From Escherichia phage GEP001, in sequence record PV173775: a stretch of DNA of 64,000 bases. The stretch is one strand, 5' to 3'. The first letter of the stretch is position 1. Every line of letters begins with the position of its first letter. A program made the position numbers and the translations under genes. The notes under the pieces are model-generated. The model did not search any database and had not been told where the DNA came from. It was given only the letters and a program-made list of their open reading frames with translations. Positions 8,125 to 19,522 of this stretch are shown piece after piece.

Positions 8125-11100
8125 TTATTTTAACAACGATTTAACTAATGCTTTAAGTTCTTCGATTTCTGATTTAAGTTCTGCAATTTCTGCAGTATGC
8201 TCATTGATTGCAGCTGTATTTAAACCAATTATACCGTTATAGTTCAAACGAAGTAAAGCTTCACCATCAGGGTCACCTTCAACCAATTCAGGTAAAATAG
8301 CTTGAACTTCTTGAGCTATCAAACCGGCGTTAGGTTCCCATTTCTGATTGCCTTCTTCATCTAGGCCTCGCTTCTGCATATAAGTGTAACCGTTAATTTT
8401 AGAAAGCTTCTCAGAAGCATTTTCAAATTTAACAAGGTCTTTTTTAACACGAATATCAGAACGGACATAAACATCGCGGACAAATGTGGAATAGGCATCG
8501 CTTTGTTGGATTAAATGACCAAAAGAAATAATAGCTCTTCCTTGTTCAGTCCACAAAGCACCAGTGGTATCCCAAAGACCTTCATGGAGATGGTAAGCGG
8601 ACGACCATGAAGCAATATGCATTCCATTTGCAACCATGTTAATACGACCGTCACCGCCATGAACTAACCCAGTGTCATTATCACCAATAACAACACATGC
8701 GCCTGTCCATGCAGGGTCACCTCCACCAGCTGATATTCTTACTCCAGCTTTAACCATGTCAGGAACGTACATGTTTCCATTATGGTGGAATTCGAAGATA
8801 GCTTGCGGATCGCTAGCATTTTCCTGGTTACCAACACGAATAATAGCCTGAGCCCATTGGTTAGTGATACGGCGCATACCAAAATCTACGCCTGATACGT
8901 ATCCTTCGTTAGTAATGACAGATTTCCCTTTGATAATTGGATAATAGCTATCATTACCTACGTAGCCAAAATCCACAAATATCGGTGCTTCTTGTCGCCA
9001 TTGGTTTGCCCAATCGCCAGCTTGGTGCGCAATCCAGTATGCTCCATTTATATAAAGACGGTCCCTATTAAAATTAAAAGTAGCAGACCCTTGAGGAGAT
9101 AAAGTAATTTCTCCGACATCATTAATGTTAACACCGCTGTTAGTTTGAAAACTATAAAACGATATAGCATTATCAGCGCCGCCATTGCCTACATACCAGT
9201 TATTAACACCACCTTTTTTACCTTTAACATAGCCAGCTTCATCTGCTGGATAATCAATAACAACAGCGTCTGAGTTGGTTTTAAGAGTTAAACGGCCTGT
9301 CATCGTGTCGCCTTCTTTAGCCACACGGGAGGCAATAGCATCATGAAGGTTGGTTATATCACCAGCAGAGCTAAATAATTTCCAAATATCAGAGAAGATA
9401 TTACCATTTCGAGCAATAGTAGCTTCACCACCACCAACCTGTACGTTATCTGGGAAGTTAACAGTACCGTCCTGATTAAAACGAGACGTATGGCCTTGTG
9501 AACCATCTTCTTTCAGATGATGAATAACGAATGTACCTGAATTAATTTCAGTACCTAAAGACCAAACGGATTTACCGTTTAGAAACTTCTGTTTAACAAT
9601 AGGATAATATTTGCTTACAGCATCATCATCGATTTCCTGGAAAATAGGAGCCGCTTGAACATATTGAATGTCATAACCGCCGGCACCCGCTCCATGACCA
9701 GTAAATTTAATATAACCGTTTGCTGCGAACGTATTGTAACTTGATTGTAAATCTGGAATAGTAACTTTACCAGTATCTAAAGCCATACTAAACGGGCGAA
9801 GTGGACCGATATCGCCATGTTTACCTTCGCCATAAGCAGTTGGAATAATATGAAGACTGCCTTCTGAACGTCTAAAAATAGCTCCATAATCTGCGTTCCA
9901 AATGCGAAGCGCATTCACTGCTCCAGATGAAATTTCGCCTGTTGTGTGAACTCCTCTATTTCCAGCAGTAACACCGGATGATTCAAATGAACCATTGACG
10001 TTCATTTCTACTTCACCAGTAGTAAGTCTTTGAATATAACTCATCCAGCTAGTTGCATCAGAAATTTCCATGACATTTTTACGATTACCTACACTAGGAT
10101 TAGTAAACGTATTACCCCATACAGAAATTGTCATATTATCAACTGAACTGCTACCAGTTGTGTTACCTCTAAACAACAGCGTAGAAGCATTATTACGACC
10201 ATCAATATTAACAGAACCACCAATAACGTCAATATTACCTGGAGTAACTAACAAACCGCCATGAGTATTAATGTTTGTGGTACCCTTACCGCGGAAATAA
10301 TGATGATAATTACCACCTTGGTAATATCCTAAAAGAGTCTGACCGTCACCGTATGCGTTATTATCATGGTAAGTAACAACAGTAGCCAAAGCATAGTTTT
10401 CAGTCGGAGGAGTAGTTAAATCTGTTCCATTAGTAGAATATCCAGCTACAAATTTTCTTAGGCTAGTTGTTTCGCTAGGGCTAAATAAAAATGTTTTCGT
10501 TCCATTATTGACGCTGAAATAATATCCATCCTGATGCCATTTAAATCCGGTATCATTATCGCCAAGAGAAATTGAAGCAGTCCCTAATTCAGAGTATCCT
10601 TTATTGCCACCAGGAGTACCAACAGAAATAGAATGGCCTGCTTTCAATCCACCGGACCAGGTAAACGACCAAAGATAAGTGTCTAAGCCATCTCCAGTAT
10701 ACCAAGTTATTCCATCATTATCTTTAACTTCATGGAATACACCAGCGCCTACAGCATTGCGCATAACACGGAGATGATTAATAGCAGTAGTGCTTTCAGA
10801 CAATGGAACGTTGTCTGCCATAGAATAAATGTCATAATCGCTCGTAGATTTATTATTAGTAATAACTCTATTTGTCAAAATCTGAGGAGTTGACATAGAT
10901 TTCCATGCTGATACTTCAGGTGAAGTAAATAGGCCACTGCCTGAAAATGCATAGGTGCTTTCATCACCCGCGGCGTAGTCTTTAACGCGGATATTAACTA
11001 CTTGCGTAGTTAATCCATCATTAGCCGGTGCATAAATGATTCCACGTTCACGATCAGCTGAATCATGAAAACGAACATGTGCTGTACCTGAACTTTTTGT

Positions 11101-11436
11101 AATAAGTTCTCCGCCTTCGGTCATAATCTGCCCGGCGGCAATAATATCGCGAGTTACTCGAGCAATACCAGTTAAATTAAAATTACCTGTCTGAGTGAAG
11201 GTGCCATTTAAAGTATAATCACCAGTTTGATTATAGTTTCCTATATGAATAACATTCCCGTCAATACTACCGCCCTTAGCAAAACCAAGATCAATGATAT
11301 TTCCTTGGTCGTCTTTAGTAAAAAGTACGCGGTCTTTTAAGTTTATAGCCAATTCACCTTCGGCTAATACTGAAGCGGCAGGACGTGCTCCTGCAGTTTT
11401 GCTTCTTTTAAATTGTATTTGTTTTAAAGTAGCCAT
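8125..11436 (-). CDS. 37: long tail fibre distal subunit gp37 (1103 aa)
   Basis: Position, size and N-terminal sequence typical of T-even gp37; differs in length from T4 (1026 aa). Confidence 0.9.
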   Translation of the reverse strand: MATLKQIQFKRSKTAGARPAASVLAEGELAINLKDRVLFTKDDQGNIIDLGFAKGGSIDGNVIHIGNYNQTGDYTLNGTFTQTGNFNLTGIARVTRDIIAAGQIMTEGGELITKSSGTAHVRFHDSADRERGIIYAPANDGLTTQVVNIRVKDYAAGDESTYAFSGSGLFTSPEVSAWKSMSTPQILTNRVITNNKSTSDYDIYSMADNVPLSESTTAINHLRVMRNAVGAGVFHEVKDNDGITWYTGDGLDTYLWSFTWSGGLKAGHSISVGTPGGNKGYSELGTASISLGDNDTGFKWHQDGYYFSVNNGTKTFLFSPSETTSLRKFVAGYSTNGTDLTTPPTENYALATVVTYHDNNAYGDGQTLLGYYQGGNYHHYFRGKGTTNINTHGGLLVTPGNIDVIGGSVNIDGRNNASTLLFRGNTTGSSSVDNMTISVWGNTFTNPSVGNRKNVMEISDATSWMSYIQRLTTGEVEMNVNGSFESSGVTAGNRGVHTTGEISSGAVNALRIWNADYGAIFRRSEGSLHIIPTAYGEGKHGDIGPLRPFSMALDTGKVTIPDLQSSYNTFAANGYIKFTGHGAGAGGYDIQYVQAAPIFQEIDDDAVSKYYPIVKQKFLNGKSVWSLGTEINSGTFVIHHLKEDGSQGHTSRFNQDGTVNFPDNVQVGGGEATIARNGNIFSDIWKLFSSAGDITNLHDAIASRVAKEGDTMTGRLTLKTNSDAVVIDYPADEAGYVKGKKGGVNNWYVGNGGADNAISFYSFQTNSGVNINDVGEITLSPQGSATFNFNRDRLYINGAYWIAHQAGDWANQWRQEAPIFVDFGYVGNDSYYPIIKGKSVITNEGYVSGVDFGMRRITNQWAQAIIRVGNQENASDPQAIFEFHHNGNMYVPDMVKAGVRISAGGGDPAWTGACVVIGDNDTGLVHGGDGRINMVANGMHIASWSSAYHLHEGLWDTTGALWTEQGRAIISFGHLIQQSDAYSTFVRDVYVRSDIRVKKDLVKFENASEKLSKINGYTYMQKRGLDEEGNQKWEPNAGLIAQEVQAILPELVEGDPDGEALLRLNYNGIIGLNTAAINEHTAEIAELKSEIEELKALVKSLLK

Positions 11437-11444
11437 AAGTCCTC

Positions 11445-12101
11445 TTAATAATAGCCGAAATCTTGAACAGAATCCTTAATAACAATTTGATCAAATCGTG
11501 GAACATGCGAAGGTTGAGATGCAGGATTCTGTGAAAAAAGGTTTGGCGCAGTTAAATTTCCTGTCATAGTATCTCCAGAGCGTAATACTCTAGAGTTTGC
11601 GTTTGCTGTAACAATATTTATTGCTCCATCAACATAATCTTTCCGTGTAAGGTCATAATTATTTACTGGAGATAATGAAGCTGCGCGTATTTGTGATGCT
11701 TCAATTACACCCTTTGAGCTAATATCTCCATTTCGCGTGTTAATTACTACAGTTCTACCTGCTGTTCCTTGTGATGATTTAAAACCAATACCATACCACG
11801 AAACAATATCCATATTTGTAGTATCATACGTGGCATTATCACCAGGACCAGCAAAAATACCATTGTCACCTGACCCTGCACCAGGAACAGTCATTCCTTT
11901 ATTAAAAATTACTTTATTTAAATACGTACCACCATTAGCTTTAGAAACGAAATCGTTATCAGTAGCTTGTGGTTTATTATATTCTGAATATATTTTAAAT
12001 GATTTATAGAGTACATCGTCACCGGCTGGATTCAATGGAAAATTTCCTTGATGCCAAATGACAGAGCCTCCAGTTGTTGAACCTACTTTTAAATCAGCCA
12101 T
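11445..12101 (-). CDS. 36: long tail fibre hinge connector gp36 (218 aa)
   Basis: Position and size; late promoter upstream. Confidence 0.9.
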   Translation of the reverse strand: MADLKVGSTTGGSVIWHQGNFPLNPAGDDVLYKSFKIYSEYNKPQATDNDFVSKANGGTYLNKVIFNKGMTVPGAGSGDNGIFAGPGDNATYDTTNMDIVSWYGIGFKSSQGTAGRTVVINTRNGDISSKGVIEASQIRAASLSPVNNYDLTRKDYVDGAINIVTANANSRVLRSGDTMTGNLTAPNLFSQNPASQPSHVPRFDQIVIKDSVQDFGYY

Positions 12102-12124
12102 TGTATGCCCCTTTATTTTAATAG

Positions 12125-12132
12125 TATTTATA
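12125..12132 (-). promoter_or_regulatory. late promoter TATAAATA for gene 36
   Basis: Exact TATAAATA on - strand about 25 nt upstream of gene 36 start, downstream of terminator hairpin. Confidence 0.65.
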
Positions 12133-12135
12133 AAG

Positions 12136-12159
12136 AAAAAGGGAACCCGAAGGCTCCCT
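12136..12159 (-). terminator. intrinsic terminator after gene 35 (UUCG-loop hairpin plus U-run)
   Basis: gggagcc-uucg-gguuccc followed by uuuuucuuu on - strand. Confidence 0.65.
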
Positions 12160-12163
12160 CAAT

Positions 12164-13279
12164 TTAAACTTCTCTAAATTCTTGCCCAAACACTTTACCA
12201 GTTTTAGACGATGCTTGCGTAGGAAGTACCATTATATCCGGAGGTGAAGCAGATTCACAGACATAATTAACTCGAATACCATTGACGCCAAATTCAGCAG
12301 GTTTTGAAATTCCGCCATTTCTTGATACTTCAGAAAAACTTAAATTCCTCATGCCACCTTGACCTGCTTGTGCAGTTCTTTGTGCATATATCGTAAATCC
12401 TACTGCATTTTCTGGAATAACTACATAATCTTCCTTTAATTCCCATGACTCAGCTTGTCCAGTAAACTCAGCATGTGTTGAAGAAATATATCCATTCGAT
12501 TCATCATAAAAACGGATAGATATATTTGTAGTTCCAAGCGCAAGTAAATCGGCATCAGCATATAGCTGTGCTTTAAGATAAAGAACATCGCCAGGAATTA
12601 AATTATAATCAGAGAGTTTACTTATCGCAGATGAAGTTGGTAAACGTGCAATTTCGTTATTAGTTCCACCAACCGCTGACATAAATTGCTCAACGCTTTC
12701 GTATGTTCTTTTAGGAAATCCTGTAGCTCCAACGTCTTCTAAACTATCAAATACAACATCTAAAATAGTTTGATAGTCATCTGTGCTTTTTCTATTACTT
12801 AGTTTAACATGTTCTAATGCAATAGCTCTTTTAGAAGAAGTGTAAAAAGCAGCATATGATACGTCAAATCTTGACAATATAGAATCAGATGGAAAAGCAG
12901 ACGTTCCTGTGGCTCTTAGCCAAGATACTACCTCAGGAGGAAAATTAACCTTTCCACTAGTTAATATAGCAACAAGTCTATTATTCGTCAAAGAGTTCAT
13001 GAAACCAACAAAAGCAGCTGATGTAGTATCATCTGAAGTCGAAAAAGCATATGACTTACTATCAACCAATGCTCCTGTAGAAGGATCAAAAACTCTTAAA
13101 TGAAGACCTGCGTTAAATGTTTGGCTTCCGATAAGATTATCCTGAAATTTGACATATGGTCCTGCTGTAGAAAGCGGGCAAGAACCCGCTATGCTTATTT
13201 TATATCTTACTGAATTGCTTTCCGATAAAAATGGCGTTTGGACATATCCTTGTCCAAACTCTGCCATAAATTTTTCCAT
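12164..13279 (-). CDS. 35: long tail fibre hinge gp35 (371 aa)
   Basis: Position and size match T4 gp35. Confidence 0.9.
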   Translation of the reverse strand: MEKFMAEFGQGYVQTPFLSESNSVRYKISIAGSCPLSTAGPYVKFQDNLIGSQTFNAGLHLRVFDPSTGALVDSKSYAFSTSDDTTSAAFVGFMNSLTNNRLVAILTSGKVNFPPEVVSWLRATGTSAFPSDSILSRFDVSYAAFYTSSKRAIALEHVKLSNRKSTDDYQTILDVVFDSLEDVGATGFPKRTYESVEQFMSAVGGTNNEIARLPTSSAISKLSDYNLIPGDVLYLKAQLYADADLLALGTTNISIRFYDESNGYISSTHAEFTGQAESWELKEDYVVIPENAVGFTIYAQRTAQAGQGGMRNLSFSEVSRNGGISKPAEFGVNGIRVNYVCESASPPDIMVLPTQASSKTGKVFGQEFREV

Positions 13280-13287
13280 AATACCTC

Positions 13288-16200
13288 TTATTCAACCCAT
13301 TCAAATTTAACCGTTTTATTCACTGGGTCAGGAATAATACGAACATTACCAATTCGTAAGAAATCACGAATAGTAAGATTCCCCATTATAGCATTATCAG
13401 ATGGTAAAGCACCAATATCAGATGGCTGAGGAGGGTTACCCCCATCAAATACCTGAACAAAACTTGACCAAGAGTTTTTAGTTTTCTGCCATGTACGCGT
13501 CCAGCGAGTGGTGCGCGCTTCTGGGGTCGTTGGATAAGTAATCCAATCTTGGTAAAGCGAATCGAGTGTGTTACCAAACTGAGTCAACGTACCAGGAGAT
13601 TTAACCTCTTCGCCGCGTTCTAAGTATGGAAGACCAGTCACTTCATTAGTTTTTTCAACCATCTTAAAATAACCCGGGAATTGGTTATAAGTGGCTGAAT
13701 CATTAATATCGATTGACCAGAATCCTACAGTATCAGATGTTGGCGCACGAGTATATAAATCAGAGGTTTTAGTACCCTGAGAACGAATTCTCGAGTTGAC
13801 AGTTAAACCACCTGAAGTTATAGTAGCACCTTTGGCAATGATTAAGCTTTCACCAATTGTAACCTGACCAGATTGATTATTAATAGCTAAAGGACGTAAT
13901 CCATTAAATCCACCAGTCTGATCGCCAGATGCAGTAAGCATAAAATAGGTGTTAGCAGCATCATTGCGAATAAAGAATCCATAATCACCGTTTATTGCTC
14001 TAAAAGCATTCGACGATTTACTGATAAATTCGCCATTAGCAGTAACTGAACTACCGAATGTTGCAACGCCATTCGCATTCAATGTTCCTGAAGCATTCAC
14101 ATTTATCGGTGTTACTGTACCATTAATGCTAAATGCTATATTACCATCTTTATTGCGTTGAGAATAAAAGTGATAAGATGTGTCATCACTAACTTCAAAT
14201 ACAGTAGAACGTGTTGTATCTGACCCGCCACCAAACTGATTTCCCCAAACTGTGATATTCATCGTCTGTGCTGGGTTAGTTCCAGTTTGAGGTCCTTTTT
14301 CAAAAATCAATTGAGTTGCTGTTCCAGTATTAGAAATAGTCAATGTACTATTTGCTGAAACTGATCCACCGAACGTAGCAGTACTAGATGATACAAGAGG
14401 GGCACTCAGATTCGTTTGTTGGGTTAAGGTTAGTGAACCATTAACCGTTTGTGCAATATCCCTACGAATGAACTGAGATGAATCTAGACCATCCAGTAAA
14501 TTACTATCTACAGCTTTTGCTTTTAACGGCAAATAATTTGCTAATACACGGTTTAATTCGTATGGCGATACTGCATAACTATTTTTCTCGTACAATTCTA
14601 ATGACTGTGTTGAACCAACTGTATCATTACCAACGAATGTAATTGAACCAGATGAAGTTTTAACAAAACCTCTTACCAGAGTAGTAGCTGCCCAAGTAGG
14701 TTCACTCTGCACAATCCATTTTAAATTTTTTGGAGATACAGCAGTATTTGCTGACGTTCCAGCTACAGTTTCAGACTGAGTTGCAACTTTAATAACGCCT
14801 TCCTGTGCTTCAGTAGATTTAGTACCTAAAAGCTTTTTAGGAGTTATTAAAACATTATCTAATGTTCCTGCAGCAGCTTCAACTTGTGTAGCCACACGAA
14901 GTGTACCACGCTGTGTCTCATTTGCTTCAAGAATATTAAGGGTATAATGGTCCCAGAGAGTTCCTGATTCAACTAATCCAGATAGAGCAACAACAGAAGT
15001 ACGATCAGTACTGTTAAATCTAGTTTTAATTTTTAATGGTGTAGAGATACGAGTATCGTCGACGCCTGCGTCGAATTCAACTTGCGTAGCAATTTCAGCT
15101 ATACCACTTAAACTTTCAGTTGCTTTACGGTCATTTAAAGTTTTAGGAGTGACTGCGCGAGTATAATCAGTTCCTGTATTAACTTCACTTTGCGTAGCAA
15201 TTTCAATTAAACCAATTCTTCCATCAGTTGATGTCTTTTTATGTAACGTTTCTGGCGTTACAACAGCATTTGCCCATCCTTCTTGGCTTTGTCCAGCAAT
15301 TACTTCACTTTCAACCGCTAAAATTACTGCACCTTGTTGCGTTGGAGTAGCTTTATACTGATCCAGAGCTTTAGGCGAAACAACTAAATTATTAGTGTTT
15401 TTATTATAAACGTTTGTACCATTTAATTCACGACTAGAAGCTGGAGTAGCTCCTGCGGTAGATACAAAGGTTACAATACCAGATAATGATTCAGAACCTT
15501 GACGAGCTTGAAGCTTTTTAGGAGTGATGATTGTAGCATCATCAGTACCTGCATTAGTTTCTTGCTGTGTAGCAATTTCAGCAACACCTCTACGAGTTTC
15601 TGTGGCAGTTCTTTCATTCAGCTTTTTAGGAGTGATGATAATATCATCAGCAAAAGAGAATGTAGTATCCTGGTTCACTTGGGCAGTAGTTGCTATTCTT
15701 GCGATACCTCTACGAGTTTCTGTAGCAGTACGGTTAGCTAATGTTTCTGGTGTAATTGCTAATTCTTTTTGTGGAGAATTTTCTAAATCAGCATTTGCTT
15801 GAGCTTGTGTAGCTAAAGCTATTACGCCTAATCTTGCTCTAGTAGAATCATTTAAAGAATCAACTCTTTCAACAGTTGGAACGTTTTGTTGTACAACCCA
15901 GTATTTTCCGTCAGAATCTTCTATGTAAGCAAGCTGTAAAACTGGAACATAATTAGTTTCACCGTTAAAAACTAATTCTTGAACAGTCACCCATTCAGCT
16001 TCAGGCGGATACTCTGAACGTTTTGGGAATTGCAACAATTGAACTGAAGAAGCAATTTTATCTTCACCGGCAGCTTTGATTTTAACTGTTTGGCCTTTTC
16101 TCATGTAATTCATGGAAATTTTAACAGTATCACCAATGGAAATATCGGTTGGAAGTTGAAGTTCAATTGTTTGGGTTGTTCCGTTATTCGCTCCAAATAC

Positions 16201-17157
16201 CATGACTTCTTCATTTGGACGAATACTAGAATTAGTTGTTATAATACGTAAACGTGCTTTACTATCCCCGTCAAACAATCTCCACAATTTTTCATTATCA
16301 TCATACATCAAGAAACCGTCAATCGATGTACGTCCTTCAATAGAATGAGTTCCATCTTCTTGTATTGAAGTAGTTTCATCGTATGTAGTAACAATTGTAT
16401 GATAAAGTGGATTTAGTTTATCTAAATCGACGAAATTAATAATATCGCCATGATTAGCAAATCTCGGAAGTTTAATATTAATCGGCGCAGCGGAAGTAAA
16501 TCTACGCACGATAAAATCGTTAGATTGCGCCTGATAAAGACTTGCCGGTGTTACAATTGCAGCTTCTCTGCTATAATCAGCAACGTACATTTGCCACAGA
16601 CGATTACTAAAAATTAAAACTATCTGTGATTTTGGATGAGTCATTAGTACTGATCGTACTTGCTGACCTCTAAAATTTACAATGCTTTGCACCGGAGCTG
16701 TAATTAAAACTTGGTTAACTCCAGGTTTTCCTCCAATGTCTTGGAGAACGATAGTATCTCCATCAATTGGGGAAGATGGTAAAGTAAATGTAATGTCATT
16801 ACCAGCTGCAGTATCAACTGAAATTGATTCGCCTGACTTTAATTGATAAGGTCCTGATGAAACAGTTGTCCAATTAGCATCAGTACGTAATGCTCTCCAG
16901 CGTACGCTATTAAAAGCTCCTGCCGGTTTTGGAATATCATTTATAGCAGCCCAAAAGCGGTTATCATAAATGATTACAAAATCTTTTAAATATCCACGAG
17001 TTGGATCGTATTGTTGAACTGTGTTTTCTTGAATTAAGTAATCAACGTTAACACCGTCAGTTCCTACGGTACGATCAGCTAAAGCTACGTTGATTATTTT
17101 ATCGCCACCTGCGTCCAGACCGTCTTCTGCTCTGAACTTTCTTTTAATCTCGGCCAT
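13288..17157 (-). CDS. 34: long tail fibre proximal subunit gp34 (1289 aa)
   Basis: Size identical to T4 gp34; internal repeats; late promoter upstream. Confidence 0.95.
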   Translation of the reverse strand: MAEIKRKFRAEDGLDAGGDKIINVALADRTVGTDGVNVDYLIQENTVQQYDPTRGYLKDFVIIYDNRFWAAINDIPKPAGAFNSVRWRALRTDANWTTVSSGPYQLKSGESISVDTAAGNDITFTLPSSPIDGDTIVLQDIGGKPGVNQVLITAPVQSIVNFRGQQVRSVLMTHPKSQIVLIFSNRLWQMYVADYSREAAIVTPASLYQAQSNDFIVRRFTSAAPINIKLPRFANHGDIINFVDLDKLNPLYHTIVTTYDETTSIQEDGTHSIEGRTSIDGFLMYDDNEKLWRLFDGDSKARLRIITTNSSIRPNEEVMVFGANNGTTQTIELQLPTDISIGDTVKISMNYMRKGQTVKIKAAGEDKIASSVQLLQFPKRSEYPPEAEWVTVQELVFNGETNYVPVLQLAYIEDSDGKYWVVQQNVPTVERVDSLNDSTRARLGVIALATQAQANADLENSPQKELAITPETLANRTATETRRGIARIATTAQVNQDTTFSFADDIIITPKKLNERTATETRRGVAEIATQQETNAGTDDATIITPKKLQARQGSESLSGIVTFVSTAGATPASSRELNGTNVYNKNTNNLVVSPKALDQYKATPTQQGAVILAVESEVIAGQSQEGWANAVVTPETLHKKTSTDGRIGLIEIATQSEVNTGTDYTRAVTPKTLNDRKATESLSGIAEIATQVEFDAGVDDTRISTPLKIKTRFNSTDRTSVVALSGLVESGTLWDHYTLNILEANETQRGTLRVATQVEAAAGTLDNVLITPKKLLGTKSTEAQEGVIKVATQSETVAGTSANTAVSPKNLKWIVQSEPTWAATTLVRGFVKTSSGSITFVGNDTVGSTQSLELYEKNSYAVSPYELNRVLANYLPLKAKAVDSNLLDGLDSSQFIRRDIAQTVNGSLTLTQQTNLSAPLVSSSTATFGGSVSANSTLTISNTGTATQLIFEKGPQTGTNPAQTMNITVWGNQFGGGSDTTRSTVFEVSDDTSYHFYSQRNKDGNIAFSINGTVTPINVNASGTLNANGVATFGSSVTANGEFISKSSNAFRAINGDYGFFIRNDAANTYFMLTASGDQTGGFNGLRPLAINNQSGQVTIGESLIIAKGATITSGGLTVNSRIRSQGTKTSDLYTRAPTSDTVGFWSIDINDSATYNQFPGYFKMVEKTNEVTGLPYLERGEEVKSPGTLTQFGNTLDSLYQDWITYPTTPEARTTRWTRTWQKTKNSWSSFVQVFDGGNPPQPSDIGALPSDNAIMGNLTIRDFLRIGNVRIIPDPVNKTVKFEWVE

Positions 17158-17192
17158 TCTCCCGGGCTCCTATTGTGTTTTCAATAATAAGT

Positions 17193-17200
17193 ATTTATAC
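17193..17200 (-). promoter_or_regulatory. late promoter TATAAATA for gene 34
   Basis: Exact match on - strand upstream of gene 34 start. Confidence 0.65.
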
Positions 17201-17202
17201 TT

Positions 17203-17232
17203 GTTTACTTTAAGATTCGGATGGTATATAAT
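17203..17232 (+). promoter_or_regulatory. early promoter for rnh (GTTTAC / TATAAT)
   Basis: Consensus match with 18-nt spacer. Confidence 0.6.
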
Positions 17233-17261
17233 AGAAATCTCACTAATTGAACGAGGTTCAT

Positions 17262-18179
17262 ATGGATTTAGAAATGATGCTGGATGAAGATTACAAAGAA
17301 GGAATTTGCTTAATTGACTTTAGTCAGATTGCGCTTTCAACTGCTTTAGTAAACTTCCCAGATAAAGAAAAAATTAATTTATCAATGGTTCGTCATTTGA
17401 TATTGAACTCAATTAAGTTTAATGTCAAAAAAGCAAAAACTCTTGGATACACTAAAATTGTGTTGTGTATCGATAACGCGAAATCTGGATACTGGCGTCG
17501 TGATTTTGCTTATTATTATAAGAAAAACCGTGGAAAAGCACGAGAAGAATCTACTTGGGACTGGGAAGGTTATTTTGAATCCAGTCATAAAGTTATAGAT
17601 GAATTGAAAGCTTATATGCCATACATTGTTATGGATATTGATAAGTATGAAGCAGATGACCATATTGCTGTTCTTGTTAAAAAGTTCTCTTTAGAAGGGC
17701 ACAAGATTTTAATCATTTCATCGGATGGTGACTTTACTCAACTTCACAAGTATCCAAATGTTAAGCAATGGTCACCGATGCACAAGAAATGGGTTAAAAT
17801 TAAAAGCGGTTCTGCTGAAATTGACTGCATGACTAAAATCCTTAAAGGCGACAAAAAGGATAACGTTGCTTCAGTTAAAGTACGATCTGACTTTTGGTTT
17901 ACCAGAGTTGAAGGTGAACGAACTCCTTCAATGAAAACATCTGTTGTTGAAGCTATTGCTAATGACCGTGAGCAAGCTAAGGTGCTTCTCACTGAATCTG
18001 AATATAATCGATATAAAGAAAATTTAGTTCTAATTGATTTTGATTATATTCCTGATAATATTGCTTCAAACATTGTGAATTACTATAATTCATATAAATT
18101 ACCACCGCGTGGCAAAATTTATTCATATTTTGTAAAAGCGGGTCTTTCTAAATTAACTAATAGCATTAATGAATTTTGA
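17262..18179 (+). CDS. rnh: RNase H / 5'-3' exonuclease (305 aa)
   Basis: Sequence from MDLEMMLDEDYKEG matches recalled T4 RNase H; start at internal Met with GAGG site. Confidence 0.9.
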   Translation: MDLEMMLDEDYKEGICLIDFSQIALSTALVNFPDKEKINLSMVRHLILNSIKFNVKKAKTLGYTKIVLCIDNAKSGYWRRDFAYYYKKNRGKAREESTWDWEGYFESSHKVIDELKAYMPYIVMDIDKYEADDHIAVLVKKFSLEGHKILIISSDGDFTQLHKYPNVKQWSPMHKKWVKIKSGSAEIDCMTKILKGDKKDNVASVKVRSDFWFTRVEGERTPSMKTSVVEAIANDREQAKVLLTESEYNRYKENLVLIDFDYIPDNIASNIVNYYNSYKLPPRGKIYSYFVKAGLSKLTNSINEF

Positions 18180-18187
18180 GGTGAATA

Positions 18188-18457
18188 ATGGCTAAAAAAG
18201 AAATGGTTGAATTTGATGAAGCTATCCATGGCGAAGACTTGGCTAAATTTATCAAAGAAGCATCTGATCATAAACTGAAAATTTCTGGTTATAATGAATT
18301 GATTAAAGATATTCGAATTCGCGCCAAAGATGAACTTGGCGTTGATGGTAAGATGTTTAATCGTCTTTTAGCTTTGTATCATAAAGATAACCGTGATGTG
18401 TTTGAAGCTGAAACCGAAGAGGTAGTTGAACTTTATGACACAGTTTTCTCTAAATGA
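18188..18457 (+). CDS. dsbA: dsDNA-binding protein DsbA (89 aa)
   Basis: Size and position between rnh and gene 33. Confidence 0.85.
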   Translation: MAKKEMVEFDEAIHGEDLAKFIKEASDHKLKISGYNELIKDIRIRAKDELGVDGKMFNRLLALYHKDNRDVFEAETEEVVELYDTVFSK

Positions 18458-18773
18458 TATTCGTCCGGTCGATGAGACCGGTCTTTCAGAAAAAGAACTT
18501 TCAATTAAGAAAGAAAAGGATGAAATAGCAAAGCTTCTTGATCGTCAAGAAAATGGATTTATTATTGAAAAAATGGTAGAAGAGTTTGGAATGAGTTATC
18601 TTGAAGCTACAACAGCATTCTTGGAAGAAAATTCTATTCCTGAAACTCAATTTGCTAAATTTATTCCTTCGGGTATAATTGAAAAAATTCAGTCAGAAGC
18701 TATTGACGAAAATCTTTTACGTCCTTCTGTTGTTCGTTGTGAAAAAACTAATACATTAGATTTTCTACTATGA
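18435..18773 (+). CDS. 33: late transcription accessory protein gp33 (112 aa)
   Basis: Sequence matches recalled T4 gp33 from MTQFSLNDIRPV. Confidence 0.85.
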   Translation: MTQFSLNDIRPVDETGLSEKELSIKKEKDEIAKLLDRQENGFIIEKMVEEFGMSYLEATTAFLEENSIPETQFAKFIPSGIIEKIQSEAIDENLLRPSVVRCEKTNTLDFLL

Positions 18774-19423
18774 TTAAACTCCGCATGCCTGCTGGTGGTG
18801 AAAGATATATTGATGGTAAATCAGTTTATAAATTATACTTAATGATAAAACAACATATGAATGGAAAGTATGATGTAATTAAGTATAATTGGTGCATGCG
18901 GGTGTCTGATGCCGCTTATCAAAAGCGAAGGGATAAGTATTTTTTCCAGAAGTTATCAGAAAAATATAAATTAAAGGAACTTGCTTTAATCTTTATAAGC
19001 AATCTTGTTGCTAACCAAGATGCTTGGATTGGTGACATCTCTGACGCTGATGCACTTGTGTTTTATCGTGAATATATCGGACGCTTAAAGCAAATTAAAT
19101 TTAAGTTTGAAGAAGATATTCGCAACATTTATTATTTTAGTAAAAAAGTTGAAGTTTCTGCTTTTAAAGAAATCTTTGAATATAATCCAAAAGTTCAATC
19201 AAGTTATATTTTTAAACTACTTCAATCGAATATAATTTCGTTTGAGACGTTTATCTTGCTTGATTCGTTTTTAAATATAATTGATAAACATGATGAACAG
19301 ACTGATAATTTAGTCTGGAATAATTATTCTATAAAGTTAAAGGCTTATAGAAAAATTTTAAATATTGATTCGCAGAAAGCTAAAAGTGTTTTCATTGAAA
19401 CTGTGAAATCCTGCAAGTATTAA
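18770..19423 (+). CDS. 59: helicase loader gp59 (217 aa)
   Basis: Size and position; translationally coupled to gene 33. Confidence 0.9.
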   Translation: MIKLRMPAGGERYIDGKSVYKLYLMIKQHMNGKYDVIKYNWCMRVSDAAYQKRRDKYFFQKLSEKYKLKELALIFISNLVANQDAWIGDISDADALVFYREYIGRLKQIKFKFEEDIRNIYYFSKKVEVSAFKEIFEYNPKVQSSYIFKLLQSNIISFETFILLDSFLNIIDKHDEQTDNLVWNNYSIKLKAYRKILNIDSQKAKSVFIETVKSCKY

Positions 19424-19432
19424 TTGCTTATT

Positions 19433-19440
19433 ATAAATAG
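19433..19440 (+). promoter_or_regulatory. late promoter TATAAATA upstream of gene 32
   Basis: Exact TATAAATA. Confidence 0.5.
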
Positions 19441-19456
19441 ATTATAATTATCTCAC

Positions 19457-19522
19457 TGACCAGCTATGAGGTCATACATCGTCATAGCACCAACTGTTAA
19501 TTAAATTAAAAAGGAAATAAAA
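19457..19522 (+). promoter_or_regulatory. gene 32 translational operator: H-type pseudoknot followed by unstructured A/U-rich leader
   Basis: tgacc..ggtca and gctatga..tcatagc interleaved stems followed by ttaaattaaaaaggaaataaaaATG, as in the T4 gene 32 autoregulatory leader. Confidence 0.8.

Noticed and set aside
15499-15802. Plus-strand ORFs of 80 and 92 aa inside gene 34
   Set aside because: Antisense shadow ORFs within a well-supported 1289-aa tail-fibre gene; the same applies to other antisense track ORFs inside gp37, nrdA, gp29, gp23 and gp22 (for example 26028-26396 and 62707-63051).
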